64,000 bases of DNA, taken from positions 31,620,001 through 31,684,000 of the forward strand of contig OZ024745.1 in assembly GCA_964016885.1 (NCBI GenBank), in the 5' to 3' direction. Shown here one piece after another: positions 13,061-27,889 of this stretch. Source of the DNA: Eledone cirrhosa. Lineage: Eukaryota. Position 1 is the first letter of the stretch; each line of letters begins with the position of its first letter. The notes beneath the pieces are model-generated. The model made no database searches and had not been told where the DNA came from. It worked only from the letters and a program-made list of their open reading frames with translations. The position numbers were made by a program, and so were the translations under genes.

Positions 13061-13062
<2 letters not shown>
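12764..13062 (-). pseudogene. GIY-YIG endonuclease domain of a Penelope-like element (partial ORF)
   Basis: SSNLVYGFRCTECSATYVGQTGRRLADKFTEH...IARHF...H...EQRTIFTLQTHTPLGLN. VY/YVG, CxxC, HF, E and GLN motifs are present. Confidence 0.9.
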
Positions 13063-13125
<63 letters not shown>

Positions 13126-13312
13126 AGTGGAAGCTTAGTAAAATCGAAGCTTTGGCTGTGGCCAAGCAAAGTCGACCTACAATTAGGAATGAGTAGCAAA
13201 GCACTCAATAAGGGTAGGTCTTCAGAGTAATAACATTACGTTTAGATAGCTTGACAAATTGAAAATTGCGGCAGGCGAAACCCAACCATACAATACCAAA
13301 ACAACGAAAGAA

Positions 13313-13349
<37 letters not shown>

Positions 13350-13352
<3 letters not shown>

Positions 13353-13410
13353 TTCGGATCTAGCTGTCGAAACGGCCGGAGCTCAGCCGTCCGAGTCCTG
13401 ACTCTCTTCC
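13350..13410 (+). mobile_element. PLE family F mini-insert between (TA)n tracts
   Basis: TAGCTGTC GAAA CGGC..GCCG TC forms a hammerhead 3' half. Confidence 0.6.
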
Positions 13411-13435
13411 TATATATATATATATATATATATAT

Positions 13436-13627
13436 AAAAACCACAGACCCTCCATCTCAACTCACCTTTTGAAAAGCAGAAGAACTGCGAAACCGGTAAA
13501 GGAACCAAATAAATATATATATTTAAAAAAAAAATAAGACTTCAGTTGCATTTTCGATTTCATCTCTTTTTCTTTATACTTCCACTCGTGTAGGACACCT
13601 CGGTTATTTTTCATTTTGTAAAAAAAA

Positions 13628-13630
<3 letters not shown>
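13436..13630 (+). mobile_element. PLE family H pseudo-LTR with a core-mutated hammerhead (13465-13502)
   Basis: CCTT ttgaaaa GCAG aagaa CTGC GAAA CCGG TA AAGG. All stems are intact and CUGAAGA has decayed at 2 positions. Homologous to 52901-52975. Confidence 0.65.
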
Positions 13631-13665
<35 letters not shown>

Positions 13666-13670
<5 letters not shown>

Positions 13671-14081
13671 ATACTTGGGGAGGGTCATATTTGTGTAATA
13701 ATATTGCCAGAATTAATAACAGAACACACACACAGAAAAAGATGGCGTAGGCATACAATGCAACGGGAGGAAACATAATAGCACCACTGACGATGTTGCA
13801 GATGTGCAACGAAAGAACTTTGATAGACCATATATATGTGTTTGTGTCTATATTGTATCTGTATTTTTGACCGTTGGTCAGTCAATGGCAACATTGAGGA
13901 CCGAATAAATTAAATTAACCAATATAAAAGACACAGAAGCGAAAACTAACCAAACAGTGAGTGTGTTCTGTTATTAATTCTGGCAATATTATTACACAAA
14001 TATGACCCTCCCCAAGTATATATATATTTGTTTCGACACACGATTTCATATCAAAAACCTCGCAAAACTAATTCATCGCCG

Positions 14082-14085
<4 letters not shown>
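13666..14085 (+). mobile_element. PLE family B fold-back (short inverted arm 13666-13730) with hammerhead 13783-13824
   Basis: CTGACGA TGTTGCA GATG TGCAAC GAAA GAACTT. The tail is as in 10750-10835, and the element is TA-flanked. Confidence 0.8.
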
Positions 14086-14116
<31 letters not shown>

Positions 14117-14232
14117 CTATTTTACTCTTTTATATTTTATATTTTGTGTTGTTCACTTACTAATTAAATATCTCTGTTCTATACATAGAGCACTCTTTTT
14201 TCCTTTTCTTTTCCTTTGGAATTACCTAACAT

Positions 14233-14309
<77 letters not shown>

Positions 14310-14577
14310 CATACATACATATATATATATGTATATCCATATGTGAATTTGTGTGTGTTTTGGTTTTTCTTACTTCAGGAACAAAGGTGAACACTTTCAG
14401 ATGTGTACTCAATATATTATACAGAGTGTATATTTATTGGACATCTTAGGAAAAAGACCATCTTGTTTTGGCTCCCCGCGATGCTTCTCACAATTAATGT
14501 TGCTATCCATCTATCTATCTATCTATCTATCTGTCTAGCTATATGTCTAACTATCTACCTTACATCTCTCTCTCTCA

Positions 14578-14650
<73 letters not shown>

Positions 14651-14698
14651 CTCAATGTTATTTAATAAATAGAAACTATATTTATAAAACCATATTTA

Positions 14699-14755
14699 TT
14701 CTATTATATATATTTCAAGGGTACCAAAACTTTGGTACGCTTTCATCAGATAAAA
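14699..14755 (-). ncRNA. Type I hammerhead (family D-like) in a PLE tail at about 14655-14830
   Basis: ttttat CTGATGA aagc GTACCAAA gt TTTGGTAC cctt GAAA tatata TA atagaa. Homologous to 35975-36120. Confidence 0.75.
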
Positions 14756-14856
14756 TACAAAAGTTTGTTTTATAAATTTTGACATAACCAAGAAAAAGAT
14801 ACCTTAACGGTTCAAGTTTTTCTTGGATAGTCATACATACATACATACATATATAT

Positions 14857-14920
<64 letters not shown>

Positions 14921-15895
14921 CTATTTTACTCTTTTACTCTTTTACCTGTTCCAGCCATCCGGCTGAGGCCAGTCTGGGGCACCGCCCTTGTTGCTACACA
15001 TTTTATCTCCAGCCTGTATTGGTTGGCCACTGGTGTAAGAATGAGTTCGTTGCTGCTGCCCTTAGGTTGCCCTCGTGCCTTGCTGTGAGCTCATCCGGGA
15101 TCCTGGATAGCAAGGTTTCGAGATGTTTCTTGAAAACATCCACCTCCACACCGTGCAGATCTCTCAGATCCCTCGCAGCTTGTTGAAGAGTTGAGGGCCC
15201 TTGAACCCGAGTCTATTGCAATATCTGCTCCTTATTCTAGATGTGGCACCACACAATGACGTCCTGTTCGGGGGTTGGTCCAGCTCCACATGCCAAAGTT
15301 TGGTGTTAGTCCCTCCAGGATTTTCCACATGTAGATCACTGCGTATCTCTACCGTCTTCGTTCCAAGGAGTAGAGGTTCAGTTCTTTTAGCCTCTTCCAG
15401 TAGCTTATCTCCTTCATCGTAGCAATACTCTTGGTGTAGCTTCGCTGGATTGCCTCAAGCTCCGTGGTTAGTTTGACACTATGGGCAATAGTCCAGGCGG
15501 CTTAGGACAAATGTCCTCCATAGTGTCAACATGGTATCTCGGTCTCTTGTCTGGAAAGTCCTCAAGATCCAGCCAGTGAGTCGTCTGCATATTGTCGCCA
15601 CTTTCATGATGTGTGAGGAAAAAGATGCATCGTAACTCATGTCTGTTCCCAGGTCTCGTATCGATTTCAACACGGGAATTTCGGCCCCTCCTGGTCCAGT
15701 GTAACTGTGTTGTACTGTATTTGTGTTTGCAGGTTGGTATTGTAGAGCTTGAAATTTTCCAGCATTAAACTGCATGTTGTCTTCAGCCCATTTGTATATG
15801 GTATCCAGATCTTGTTGTAAAAGGGCAGCATCAGCCAGGTTTTTGATTGCCTGTGCTACCTTAGTGTCATCAGCATAGCTAGTGAGGAATGTTGT
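14921..15895 (-). mobile_element. CR1/L2-group LINE, 5'-truncated and internally deleted
   Basis: FLTSYADDTKV...LQQDLDTIYKWAEDNMQFNAGKFQAL...IRDLG...WILRTF...LSRLDYC, with a 3' tail (GTAAAAGA)n. Related 3' ends lie at 6277-6325, 19600-20010 and 48168-48215. Confidence 0.9.
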
Positions 15896-16069
15896 TGAAC
15901 TTTGGTTCGATTGACTTTTTTAGTTTCAGAAGATCCCGTTAAGGGTGAAAGTTGCTTAAACTTTAATCCGTTATTTTAATAAATATTTGCTCTACGGTTC
16001 TTATATATCTGATATATATTTATCCTTATCGAGCCATCTTTGGATTTTAGTCTTCAAATTTATTATTAT

Positions 16070-16073
<4 letters not shown>
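15896..16073 (+). mobile_element. PLE family E pseudo-LTR with hammerhead-like motif 15922-15962 (CAGAAGA core)
   Basis: AGTTT CAGAAGA T CCC GTTAA GGG T GAAA G TTG C TT AAACT. Homologous to 36568-36745. Confidence 0.8.
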
Positions 16074-16161
<88 letters not shown>

Positions 16162-16196
16162 GTATGTATATATATATGTATATATATGTATGTATA

Positions 16197-16359
16197 TAAC
16201 GAAGGAAATGTGGTAAGGAACCAGGTGGACCATAACGCACCAAAGTACTCAATACTTAGGGTAGTAGAGTGGGTAATAGGAACAAGTAAGACCCCGACGG
16301 CTGAGAATTAGCCGTCGAAACGGCTTGAGCTCAGCCGTCGGGGTCTTACTTGTTCCTAT
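16197..16359. mobile_element. PLE family F fold-back
   Basis: Perfect inverted arms 16276-16305 / 16330-16359, TA-flanked. Confidence 0.75.
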
Positions 16360-16448
16360 GTATGTATATATATATATGTATATATATGTATGTATATACA
16401 CATATATATATGTATCTATACTGTATATATATGTATATATATATAAAT

Positions 16449-16532
<84 letters not shown>

Positions 16533-16537
<5 letters not shown>

Positions 16538-16820
16538 ATATGTTGAAAAGGTAACACACCAGAGAGAGATATGCAGTGCGCTATCAATAAAACATTATTT
16601 ATATTTTTAATTATCGTGTCTATAGTCTGCCTTTCATAGGTTATAGATTCCAGACACTGGTGGTTTTTTCCCCTGTTTTATTGATAGCGCACTGTATATC
16701 TCTCTCTGGTGTGTTACCTTTTCAACATATTGTATTTTAAAGAGCTCAGGATTTCTTCTCCTTTGAGCACATTATTTACAGGGAATGGCGAGGGTCTATG
16801 GCTCCGTTAATTTATCGTGA
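16533..16820. mobile_element. TA-flanked asymmetric fold-back element (unclassified, PLE-like architecture)
   Basis: 62-bp inverted arms 16533-16594 / 16674-16735 plus an unpaired tail. Confidence 0.65.
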
Positions 16821-16891
16821 TATATGTATATATATATATATTTATTAAAATAACAGATTAAAGTTTAAGCAAAGAATCGCTGCTTTCACCC

Positions 16892-16952
<61 letters not shown>

Positions 16953-17004
16953 TTAGAAATACCGAAAATGTAATTCTCCTTTCACATATGACCCCTTTTC
17001 ATTC

Positions 17005-17074
<70 letters not shown>

Positions 17075-17078
<4 letters not shown>

Positions 17079-17254
17079 AACAAGTAAGACCCCGACGGCT
17101 GAGCTCAAGCCGTTTCGAGTCCAGAATTAGCCGTCGAAACGGCTTGAGCTCAGCCGTCGGGGTCTTACTTGTTCCTATTACCCACTCTACTACCCTAAGT
17201 ATTGAGTACTTTGGTGCGTTATGGTCCACCTGGTTCCTTACCACATTTCCTTCG

Positions 17255-17257
<3 letters not shown>
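17075..17257 (+). mobile_element. PLE family F fold-back
   Basis: Arms at about 17075-17118 / 17134-17178. GAAA at 17136-17139, stem III CGGCT/AGCCG, GUC at 17156-17158. Confidence 0.75.
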
Positions 17258-17304
<47 letters not shown>

Positions 17305-17845
17305 ATATATATATATATGTATATATAGAATGAAAAGGGGGTCATATGTGAAAGGAGAATTACATTTTCGGTATTTCTAACTGATATTTATAGTGTGGAA
17401 TGTGAAAGTTAAAAATCGATGGTACTAAAGCTGAAGGTAGGGAGTGGATGGGAAGGGATAACTGGTAATAAAATAAAGCTGTTGAAAGTAGGTCTATATA
17501 GCGTGTGTGTGAGAGGGAGAGAGGGAGAGAGAGAGAGAGGGGGGGGGTGTGTGAGAGGGGAGGGAGGGAGGGGAGAGAGAGATGGGGGGGTGAGAGAGGG
17601 AGAGAGTGTGTGTGTGTGTGAGAGAAAGAGGGGAGTGAGAGAGGGAGAGAGTGTGTGTGTGTGTGAGAGAAAGAGGGGAGTGAGAGAGGGGAGAGAGAGT
17701 GCGTGAGAGAGTGAGAGAGAGAGAGAGAGATGGGGGGGGGGGTGAGGGAGGGAGAGAGAGTGTGTGTGTGTGTGTGAGAGAGATGGGAGTGAGAGAGAGG
17801 AGGGAAGGAGGAGGAGAGAGAGTGTGTGAGAGAGTGAGAGTGTGT

Positions 17846-17891
<46 letters not shown>

Positions 17892-17968
17892 GGGAGAGAG
17901 AGAGAGAGAGAGAGAGAGACAGTGACTGAGATAGAGTGAGAGAGAGAGATAGAGATAGATTGATAGAT

Positions 17969-18030
<62 letters not shown>

Positions 18031-18033
<3 letters not shown>

Positions 18034-18510
18034 TTGTTATATTTGGGGAGGGTCATATTTGTGTAATATTGCCAGAATTAATAACAGAACACACTCACTG
18101 TTTGGTTGGTTTTCGCTTTTCGCTTCTGTGTCTTTTATATCGGTAATCTAATTTATTCGGTCCTCAATGTTGCCATTGACTGACCAACGGTAATTAATAA
18201 TACAGATACAATATAGACACAAACACATATATATAGTTTATCAAAGTTCTTTCGTTGCACATCTGCAACATCGTCAGTGGTGTTATTGTTTCCTCCCGTT
18301 GCATTGTATTTTCTACGCCATCTTTATTTAGTCTGTTTATATATTTATTTATTTGTTTATTTTATTTTGTCTTCTTTGCGCATGCGTTTGCGTGTGTGTA
18401 TAGTGGTTTGTTTGATGTGTGTTCATGATTGGGTGGCTGTGTATTGGTTAATGTATTCTATCTTTACTAGTATGTGTTTATATGTGTTTGTTGTTATATG
18501 TGTTTGTTGT
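18031..18510 (-). mobile_element. PLE family B pseudo-LTR with hammerhead 18240-18281
   Basis: Homologous to the other family B copies, and the tail abuts (TA)n. Confidence 0.8.
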
Positions 18511-18563
18511 TAGGAGACCACTAATCATGGGAGTACTCGATACATGGGGAGACGTAGAGCTGG

Positions 18564-18599
<36 letters not shown>

Positions 18600-18684
18600 G
18601 TAAGTATGTATTTGTGTGTTTGTTCGTATGTATGTGTGTGTGCGTGTATATATACGCTGTGTATATAGAAATATATATATATAT

Positions 18685-18826
18685 ATAACGAAGGCAGTGT
18701 AGTAAGGAACCAGATGGACCATAACGCACCAGAGTAGTCAATACTTAGGGCAGTAGAGTGGGTAATAGGAAAATGTTTAACCCCGAGAGCAGAGCTCAAG
18801 CCGTTTCGACGGCTATTTCTGAGTCT
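18685..18826 (-). mobile_element. PLE family F copy
   Basis: Homologous to 17120-17257. Confidence 0.7.
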
Positions 18827-19032
18827 ATATATTTCCATGACTATATACACAATGTGTATATAGTCATGGAAACATCTCAAATGTAGGTCTTTGTAAACTG
18901 AAAATATGAAAAATATTCTTAATCGATGTTCGATCTCATCAGAGGATATGTACTTGAAACAACCACAAGGAAATACGTAATCGATGGCCTTATAAAACCT
19001 TGCATATATAGCAATAATCACGATAGGACGTA

Positions 19033-19368
19033 CGTATTATCTGGCCTATTGGACGCACTTTTTTTTTTACAAAAAGCAACAACATATAAATATCCTTCCC
19101 TGCGTCCAATACTCCTGTATCACCGATGGGAGGCCGAACGGAGGGTGAGGACAATCATGGTTAATAAAATTTAGTTTGTATTACTATTGGTATAACTAAT
19201 ACGGTAATACGATACAATTTATATAAGCAAAACGATGTTTGAAATAAAATAATTTCTAATAAATTTATGAAGAAATAAACAAAAATTCTTTTTCTCTAAA
19301 AATGTCCTTGTAAAACCAGGGTGCGTCTTGTACGAAGCGGCGTCCAATAGACCGGCAAATAAGATACG
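19033..19368. mobile_element. pogo/mariner-like MITE
   Basis: Imperfect TIRs CGTATTATCTGGCCTATTGGACGC / GCGTCCAATAGACCGG..ATACG, with TA at the left end. Confidence 0.6.
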
Positions 19369-20415
19369 TCTTTGCATATTTTTAGTGCCTACGTTGGTAC
19401 TTAATTTCAATATATATTTTAAATTGTGCATTAAGCAACAGAAGTATGTTAAATTTGTATCTGTACATTTAATATATCATCATCATCCTCATCATCTTTA
19501 TTTTATCTCCGTCTTCCCTGCTCGCAAGGGTTGGAGGGGTCTTCATAGACTGAGTCAGTACTTAAGTGGAGCTGCACCCACTTCACATATATAAATATAT
19601 ACTTTTACTTATTCCAACCCATGGGCTGTAACCAAGCAAGGGCACCGCCCTTATTGTTACACTTTCTATAGCCATCCTTTCATTGTTTGGGCATTGAAGA
19701 ATGAAAGAGTTTAACATTGCAAACCTCATTTGGCTTTTGACTTTTGGATTTTTTCGCCGTGATACGTCACGGCTGATTTGGAATTTTTAATAGCAGAATG
19801 TCGAAATGTTTCATGAAAACATTTATATTCACCCTGTTTAGGATTTTTTTGTATCATATTAAAGATCCGAGACCCTTGAACTGCAGTTAAAGCAGTATTT
19901 AGTCCTTACTCTAGATATTGAGGGTAGGATCTTTGGCATTACGCCGTGACATCCTATTCGGGGGTTAATCCAGCCCTTAGTGCCTTACCCTAACTCTTCC
20001 AGTATTTCTATGTGTTCTTTTATGCTTTCATCAATGCTGTGAGTTGTTTTACCAATATAAGCTGTGGCAGCACTTATACTAAACAACAAATCGTTTGCTC
20101 CATTAGTTTCGCGGGAAAACCAAATTGATTGTTATAGATAAGCTATATTGTGACAACAACAGTTTACCACGGCCCCAAATGGCCAATAAGAACAAGTTTT
20201 ACATATAATCCATTGACAATCAACCTTATGTAGAAGCCATGGCCGCTTCATCATCCGTGACCACCTCATCCAATCGATCGAACGTGCTTTTTGCGTCTGT
20301 TTAATTATAAGTAATACAGATCTAAATTCAGATGTTTGATACAAATATTCAACCTATGTTGATTACTCGTTTCTTTCGTTTGTACACCTATCTGTTAGAA
20401 AGAAAATGTGTGTGT

Positions 20416-20481
<66 letters not shown>

Positions 20482-20616
20482 CGTAAATTTCCGATGTAGA
20501 TTATGATGATTATGATGATGATGATTGATCTACGTAAATATGAGAAACAAATTTCTATAGAAAAATGAATCAAGCCTAATGATGGGATCCAATCCTTTAT
20601 CGTTCGCTGACGTGTA

Positions 20617-20704
<88 letters not shown>

Positions 20705-21269
20705 TGTGTATGTATGTTTGTGTGTGTGTATTATTGTGTGTATGTCTGTGTGTATGTTTGTGTGTGTTATTGGACTTGAATAGTAACAAACTAATTAGAT
20801 ACGATTATTTAAACATTAATTGATTCTTTTCCCTTATACATATGTATATGTCTGTGTGTATGTGACCGAGAGAGATAGGGGAGAGAGAAAGATAAAAGTG
20901 GAAGAGAGAGGGGAAGAAAGAGAGAGAGAAAGAGAGAGAAGAAAAGGGGAGGAGAAGGAGAGAGAAACTGCGTGTGTATAGGAAGTACATTTCATAGAGG
21001 TACTGTCTATTTCTTTTTAAGGAGAGCTTTTCTGCCAGGGATTCTCACCTGTTCAGCTCTTACCTGTGGGTTCCACGAACGGTGTATACAACGTCATACC
21101 AGCTCCGCACCAACGGCACTAACAGGTCGATTATGAAGGACTCAAAGTTGATATATATCACCGACTCAATAAACGCGCGCTTTTTCTAAAAAAAAGCCCC
21201 CCCCCCCCATCTCTCTCTCTCTCTCCCTCTCTCTCTAATTTTCTATTTAATCTTTTATTTCTTATTCTA

Positions 21270-21304
21270 TCTTCTGATGAAGGACTAGTGTCTGAAACGT
21301 AAAA
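21270..21304 (+). ncRNA. Minimal hammerhead-like motif in a decayed PLE 3' end (about 21000-21370)
   Basis: CTGATGA aggac tagt gtct GAAA CG TA. It follows a CT-rich tract and precedes (TA)n. Confidence 0.55.
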
Positions 21305-21368
21305 AACTCCTTTCTTACGAAATCAAGCGTTAAACTAATATATATCTTTATTGTTTCCGTTTACTTTT

Positions 21369-21408
<40 letters not shown>

Positions 21409-22282
21409 TGGTCGCCTTCTTGTCTCTCTGCCTTTTCAGTCCAATGGATTGTGTCTATTATATTCCTTTGTTAAATTTCGAGTACCTGATGATGTCACCG
21501 GATCCATACTGAACCCTGTCATTGAAATGTTCATAGTATAATAAACCTTTAAGGAATTACAGCAGTCCAGCCTCCTGTTATTTTATAATAATTAACTCCG
21601 TACTCGCACCACCCAACAACACAAACGAAGACGGGTGAGTTGCATTACGTCGAGTGCTCTCCCTAATATTACATCAAGGTTGACTATACGGAATGACCAG
21701 TTTATCCAGTGGTGAACCAACAAACCTAAATCAATATATATATATATATATATATTGTACTGTGTCGTTTGCTTTGTTATTTCTGTTTGTCTTTGACACA
21801 CACAACCTAAATATATTTTATTTACTTTTAGAATGTTGAAAGGTAACGTCGAATCTAGTTGGGTTTGAACGTAAATCGACGAAACTAAATATTTAAAAAG
21901 CATTACTCATTGCATTCTACCCTCTCTCACTCCCTCTCTCTGCTTCTCTCTCACTGTCTCTCTCTCTCTCTGCTTCTTTCTCCCTCTCTCTGCCATCTCA
22001 CTTCACTTCAGCAAGCGATAATATGTTTAGAGCATCATATGGGAAGTCTCGAGCTTCGCATACTTAAAACATGAATTTATTAGATGAGAAACTTTTGTTT
22101 CCTGTTTTTTTTTTTGTCTTTTTAAAAAGAATTTTGTTGGAGAATGATTAAGGTTTACAAGCTTAATGGGCTACTTCTTAAATAACTTATGTGAATGGCC
22201 TGTTCTTGATAACTGTTGGAATTCTAAGATTTCATGTTCGTTCGTTCACGCCGACCTTTACTTATTATTATAAAACATATAT

Positions 22283-22723
22283 GGGGCGGTGGATTGGCAA
22301 CATTAGTAGAGCGTCGGACACCCTGCTTCGCAGCACAGAGTTACGGCCCTTTACTTTCTGAGTTCAAATCCCGCCGAGATCAACTTTGCCTTTCATCCTT
22401 TCGTGGTTGATACAATAAAGTACCAGTCAAGTACTGGGGTCGATATAATCGAGTTTCTCTACTCCAAAATTACTGGCCTAGTACCAAAAAATAGAAATAA
22501 TTAAGGTCGGTAGATTGGCAGTATCGGTAGAGCATCGGACAACATGCTTTGTGGCATAGAGTTACGGCTCTTTATCTTCTGAATTCAAATCCCACCAAGG
22601 TTAGCTTTGCCTTTCATTCTTATGGGGTCAATAAAATAAGTACCAGTTACGCACTGGGGGAATTTAATTGAGCTTTTCTTCTCGCAAAATTGTCGGCCTT
22701 GTGCCTAAATAGAAAACTTATTA
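22283..22723 (+). mobile_element. Tandem pair of SINE family 1 copies (22283-22502, 22504-22723)
   Basis: Two complete head-core-tail units arranged head to tail. Confidence 0.85.
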
Positions 22724-23167
22724 CAGTTCTTCCACCAGGTGAGCACTGTGTGTGTGTGTGTGTGTGTGTGTATGAACGTATGTACGTACGTGCGTACGTA
22801 TGTACATACGAACTTGTACGTGCGTACGTATGTATACGTGTGTGTGTATAAGTTATTAACGGTTAGCTTGTATGTCTATTTAGTGTTTAAAATTCCTAAT
22901 TACATTTTGACAATGAAAGTAATTACATTTTTCCGTGTATTTAATTAAATTTTCTTTAATGCAGCCGTATTTAAATTACACTTAATTCAATGTGGTCTTC
23001 ACATATTAAAAGATTCTCTGTCCTTACACTATACACTACCATACAAAAATTACCTTAGTACTTTCTCAAAAGAAATAAAATTATAATTGTTTGTTGGTCA
23101 AGTTGTGACATCACGAAATCGGTAAAAGATCTGACTAACAGTATTTTCTCCGGTCCGTCTTAGTTTA

Positions 23168-23588
23168 AGGCGGCGAATTGGCGGAGTCGTTAGACCGTCG
23201 GATAGAATGCTTTGCGGTAATCGTTTCAACTCTCTGCTCTTTGAGTTCAAATCCCGCCGAGGTCAACTTTGCCTTTCATCATTTTGAGGTCGATAAAAAA
23301 AGTACCAGTTTAGTACTGGGGTCGATTTTTCCTCTATATCTCTTTCTCATTTTCGCTCTCTCACTTTCTCTCTCTCACTTTCTCTCTCTCACTTTCTATC
23401 TCTCACTTTCTCTCTCTCACTTTCTATCTCTCACTTTCTCTCTCTCACTTTCTATCTCTCACTTTCTCTGGAAGAAATCAGCTGTACTCAGACCTGGAGA
23501 GGGATGGGCTCCGCCAGGCTTAAACTACCCAAGAAACGCTGTATATCAATATGGCACCCCTCCCACTCTATCAGGAGTTACAGGACCA
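23168..23588 (+). mobile_element. SINE family 2
   Basis: tRNA head and core as in family 1, an expanded (CTCTCACTTT)n linker, and a distinct tail CTGGAAGAAATCAGCTGTACTCAGACCTGGAGAGG. Confidence 0.75.
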
Positions 23589-23894
23589 TACATACATATA
23601 TATAATATATATATTAATTCAGTAGTCTTGTTCATTTTGTAATTTTCTTACTAAATGATTATTTAACTACGACAGGCTCCATTACAATTATGAGACACGG
23701 TTCCAACACGACTGTCGCCTCGCTAGATATTTAGAGAAACAATTTCGCAGAAATAAAACCTGACAACTCACACACAACAGTTGCCTGTATTGTAACCAAC
23801 AGTCAACATCGATCATTGCAAACATCACAGCAACAATTTCCTCGACTCATTCGGTCACACTCACTTACCATGCATACATACTCATGTGTGTGTA

Positions 23895-23965
<71 letters not shown>

Positions 23966-23970
<5 letters not shown>

Positions 23971-24080
23971 GGTGTCCCCAAAAATGTATACACACTTCCA
24001 GAGCATTCTAATAAATATTGCCTGTACAGGTAATCAAAGTGTGTATACATTTAACATTTTTTTTTTAAAAATACCCTGTA
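23966..24080. mobile_element. Tc1/mariner-like MITE in (TA)n
   Basis: TA-CAGGGT...ACCCTG-TA ends and internal TGTATACA motifs. Confidence 0.75.
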
Positions 24081-24784
24081 TATATATATATATATATATA
24101 TATATTTAATACAATAACAAAGATAGTTTAAAGCTAAACTCTGACTGGTAACCATCTCACTCAACAAACATTAGGTTATATTAAAATATAAACCCAATTT
24201 AAGTGTTTGGGGTGCTAACAATATGTATAATGTGGAAAAACCAGTTGTATTATTTTATGAGATATAATTAAAGTTAAAGTATATCTCTCTTTCCAAACAA
24301 TTGTTTCATTATAAGTTTTCTACAAGTTTGGGAGAATGTTTCCAGTTTATGTAGAAGCCTAATATATATTCATGTAAGAATATATTTAGGTGGGTACTTA
24401 TAAATCATCAGTGGAAGCCCATTAAACATTGATATAAGAAAACAATTTCTTACCGCTGTCAAAAATCATGTCCGTAAAGTTGCTCTCTCTCACCTCGAAT
24501 GACCGCCAAATTTGAAATTCCAGCAGTTTTTGACTGAGGAAGTATCATAGCGACACGAAGCGGGAAGGGGAGACAACCAAAATATATATATATATTTCTT
24601 CTGCAAGAATTTTGATGTGAAATCGTGTAGTGTTGAAAACGATATTGTTATATTTGGGGATGGTCATGTTGCCAATATTACCATCCCCAAATATAACCCC
24701 CCCCCCACACACACATATATAAAGTATTTCCGTAGAAAAGGTAAAGGAAAGAAGAGTGCTCTATGTATAGTACAGAGCTATTTA

Positions 24785-24849
24785 ATTCTGATGAACGACT
24801 TCGGACGCTTCTGCTGAGGTCGCCTGCCTTCGTGAAACCTTGGGTAAAT
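24785..24849 (+). ncRNA. Type I hammerhead ribozyme
   Basis: att CTGATGA ACGA...TCGT GAAA CC ttg GG TA aat. The upstream sequence is homologous to 14160-14230(-). Confidence 0.7.
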
Positions 24850-24925
24850 GTAATAATTGTATTGTGTTGTTTATTATATATATATATATATAAAATTAGA
24901 ATTGGTGCTCTGAAATAGCGATATT

Positions 24926-25140
24926 TATATGAATGTATATATAGTGTATTTTGCAATACACTGTATGCTTAATTAAAAGCATTTTGAAGACCATACGTTA
25001 TTGTTTTAAAGTAGCGACATTGTCGCTTACTTAAATTTTCGGCAGACAAGGCTACTTTAAAACAATAGCGTATGGTCTTCAAAATGCTTTTAATTAAGCA
25101 TACAGTGTATTGCAAAATACATTATATATACATTCATATA
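24926..25140. repeat. About 85-bp inverted repeat with a 45-bp spacer, TA-flanked
   Basis: Arms at about 24926-25015 / 25061-25140. Confidence 0.85.
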
Positions 25141-25906
25141 TATATATATATATGTGTATGTATATATTATTAAAAGTTTAAGCAAATAATTTGTGTTTTC
25201 ACCCTTATGCAGTATCTTCTGAGTTTCAGAAGATCATATGAACAAGTCTTTGACCAACTGCATTGGTTAACTATTCTTTTGATTTAAAAAAAAAATTTGT
25301 TTTCTTTCTCTAAATCTTAAGATATTTTCTTTGAAAGCAAAATTCTTACATGGACATCTAAAATACTAACGTTGGCCCCCAATTAACTACTTTTTTTTTG
25401 TGTGTGGACCCCCAAAATTCTTATATGAACCCCCTAGAGTTATGGAGAGCCCCAGAGATTATGTGAACCACTGATCTAGAACTTACTATTCATTTGGTAC
25501 CTTGGAGTGTTCGTATTACTGCTTGATATATTAGATGGCTTTCAGACTAGCACCGAAGTACGTGACCCGATCATCACAATCTATTCTTCATTTTCCACAA
25601 AATCATTCCAGTTAATCTCAACGAATTTTCAGAATGCTTTATTTTTAAAGATTCTAAAATGATTAGTTATAGTTTTAATCCTCGGCCATGTCTCTCTTCA
25701 GTATATTAAAACAATTCTTACCAGTGATGTATATAGTTTAATTTTCATATGAATTGCCATTCGATGGGATTTCCAAACTTTGAAACAATTCCCTTTTTAA
25801 TATTCCTTATATTACAAAACAGCTTCAATAACGCTTAAAAATATAAAAATAATTTTATTAAAATAACAATATTAAAATTTCCGGTATTTGAACACCTCTC
25901 TCTCTC

Positions 25907-25962
<56 letters not shown>

Positions 25963-25982
25963 CTCTCCACACACATATATTT

Positions 25983-26579
<597 letters not shown>

Positions 26580-26590
26580 ATATTGTATAC

Positions 26591-27302
<712 letters not shown>

Positions 27303-27716
27303 CTGTAAGCAAGTAGGACTGCCAAATACATAAATCTGAACGTAGATACACCCAGAACAAACGCAAAGTAGTACACTTCGAAAACAAAGCCAATAATAAA
27401 CAAAACACTTAGGGGGTAAGACCATCGAATGCCAAACTCGTAACTAATCCACTTATTAAAACAACGCTAATGAGAAACTAAATGTCTATATTAGATCCAA
27501 GATATCATCAATAATTCCTACCTCAAACATCATCCATATTTTCCTGACTCAAACTCCCTAAACCCAAACACCAACCCGTTCTAAATATGAATATGGGAGA
27601 GGCAGACTTTTTCAAGCTACAGCCGTCATATTATGCAGTTTCTGTATAAGAAAAGATAATAAACAATATCTATCTATCTACCCACGCACACACACACACG
27701 CACACACACACACACG

Positions 27717-27889
<173 letters not shown>

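Larger units (their letters stand above)
11257..13062 (-). mobile_element. Penelope-like element family C, 5'-truncated
   Basis: GIY-YIG domain at 12764-13062, a ~1.4 kb C/A-rich 3' region, a hammerhead at 11350-11383, AATAAA, and (TA)n on both sides. Confidence 0.85.

Noticed and set aside
13140-13230. Minus-strand CTGAAGA-CCTAC...GTAGG hammerhead candidate
   Set aside because: There is no GAAA after stem II.
21485-21540. CTGATGA...GAAA candidate (similar weak ones at about 18900-18945 and 27945-27995)
   Set aside because: Stems are too degenerate to support a fold.
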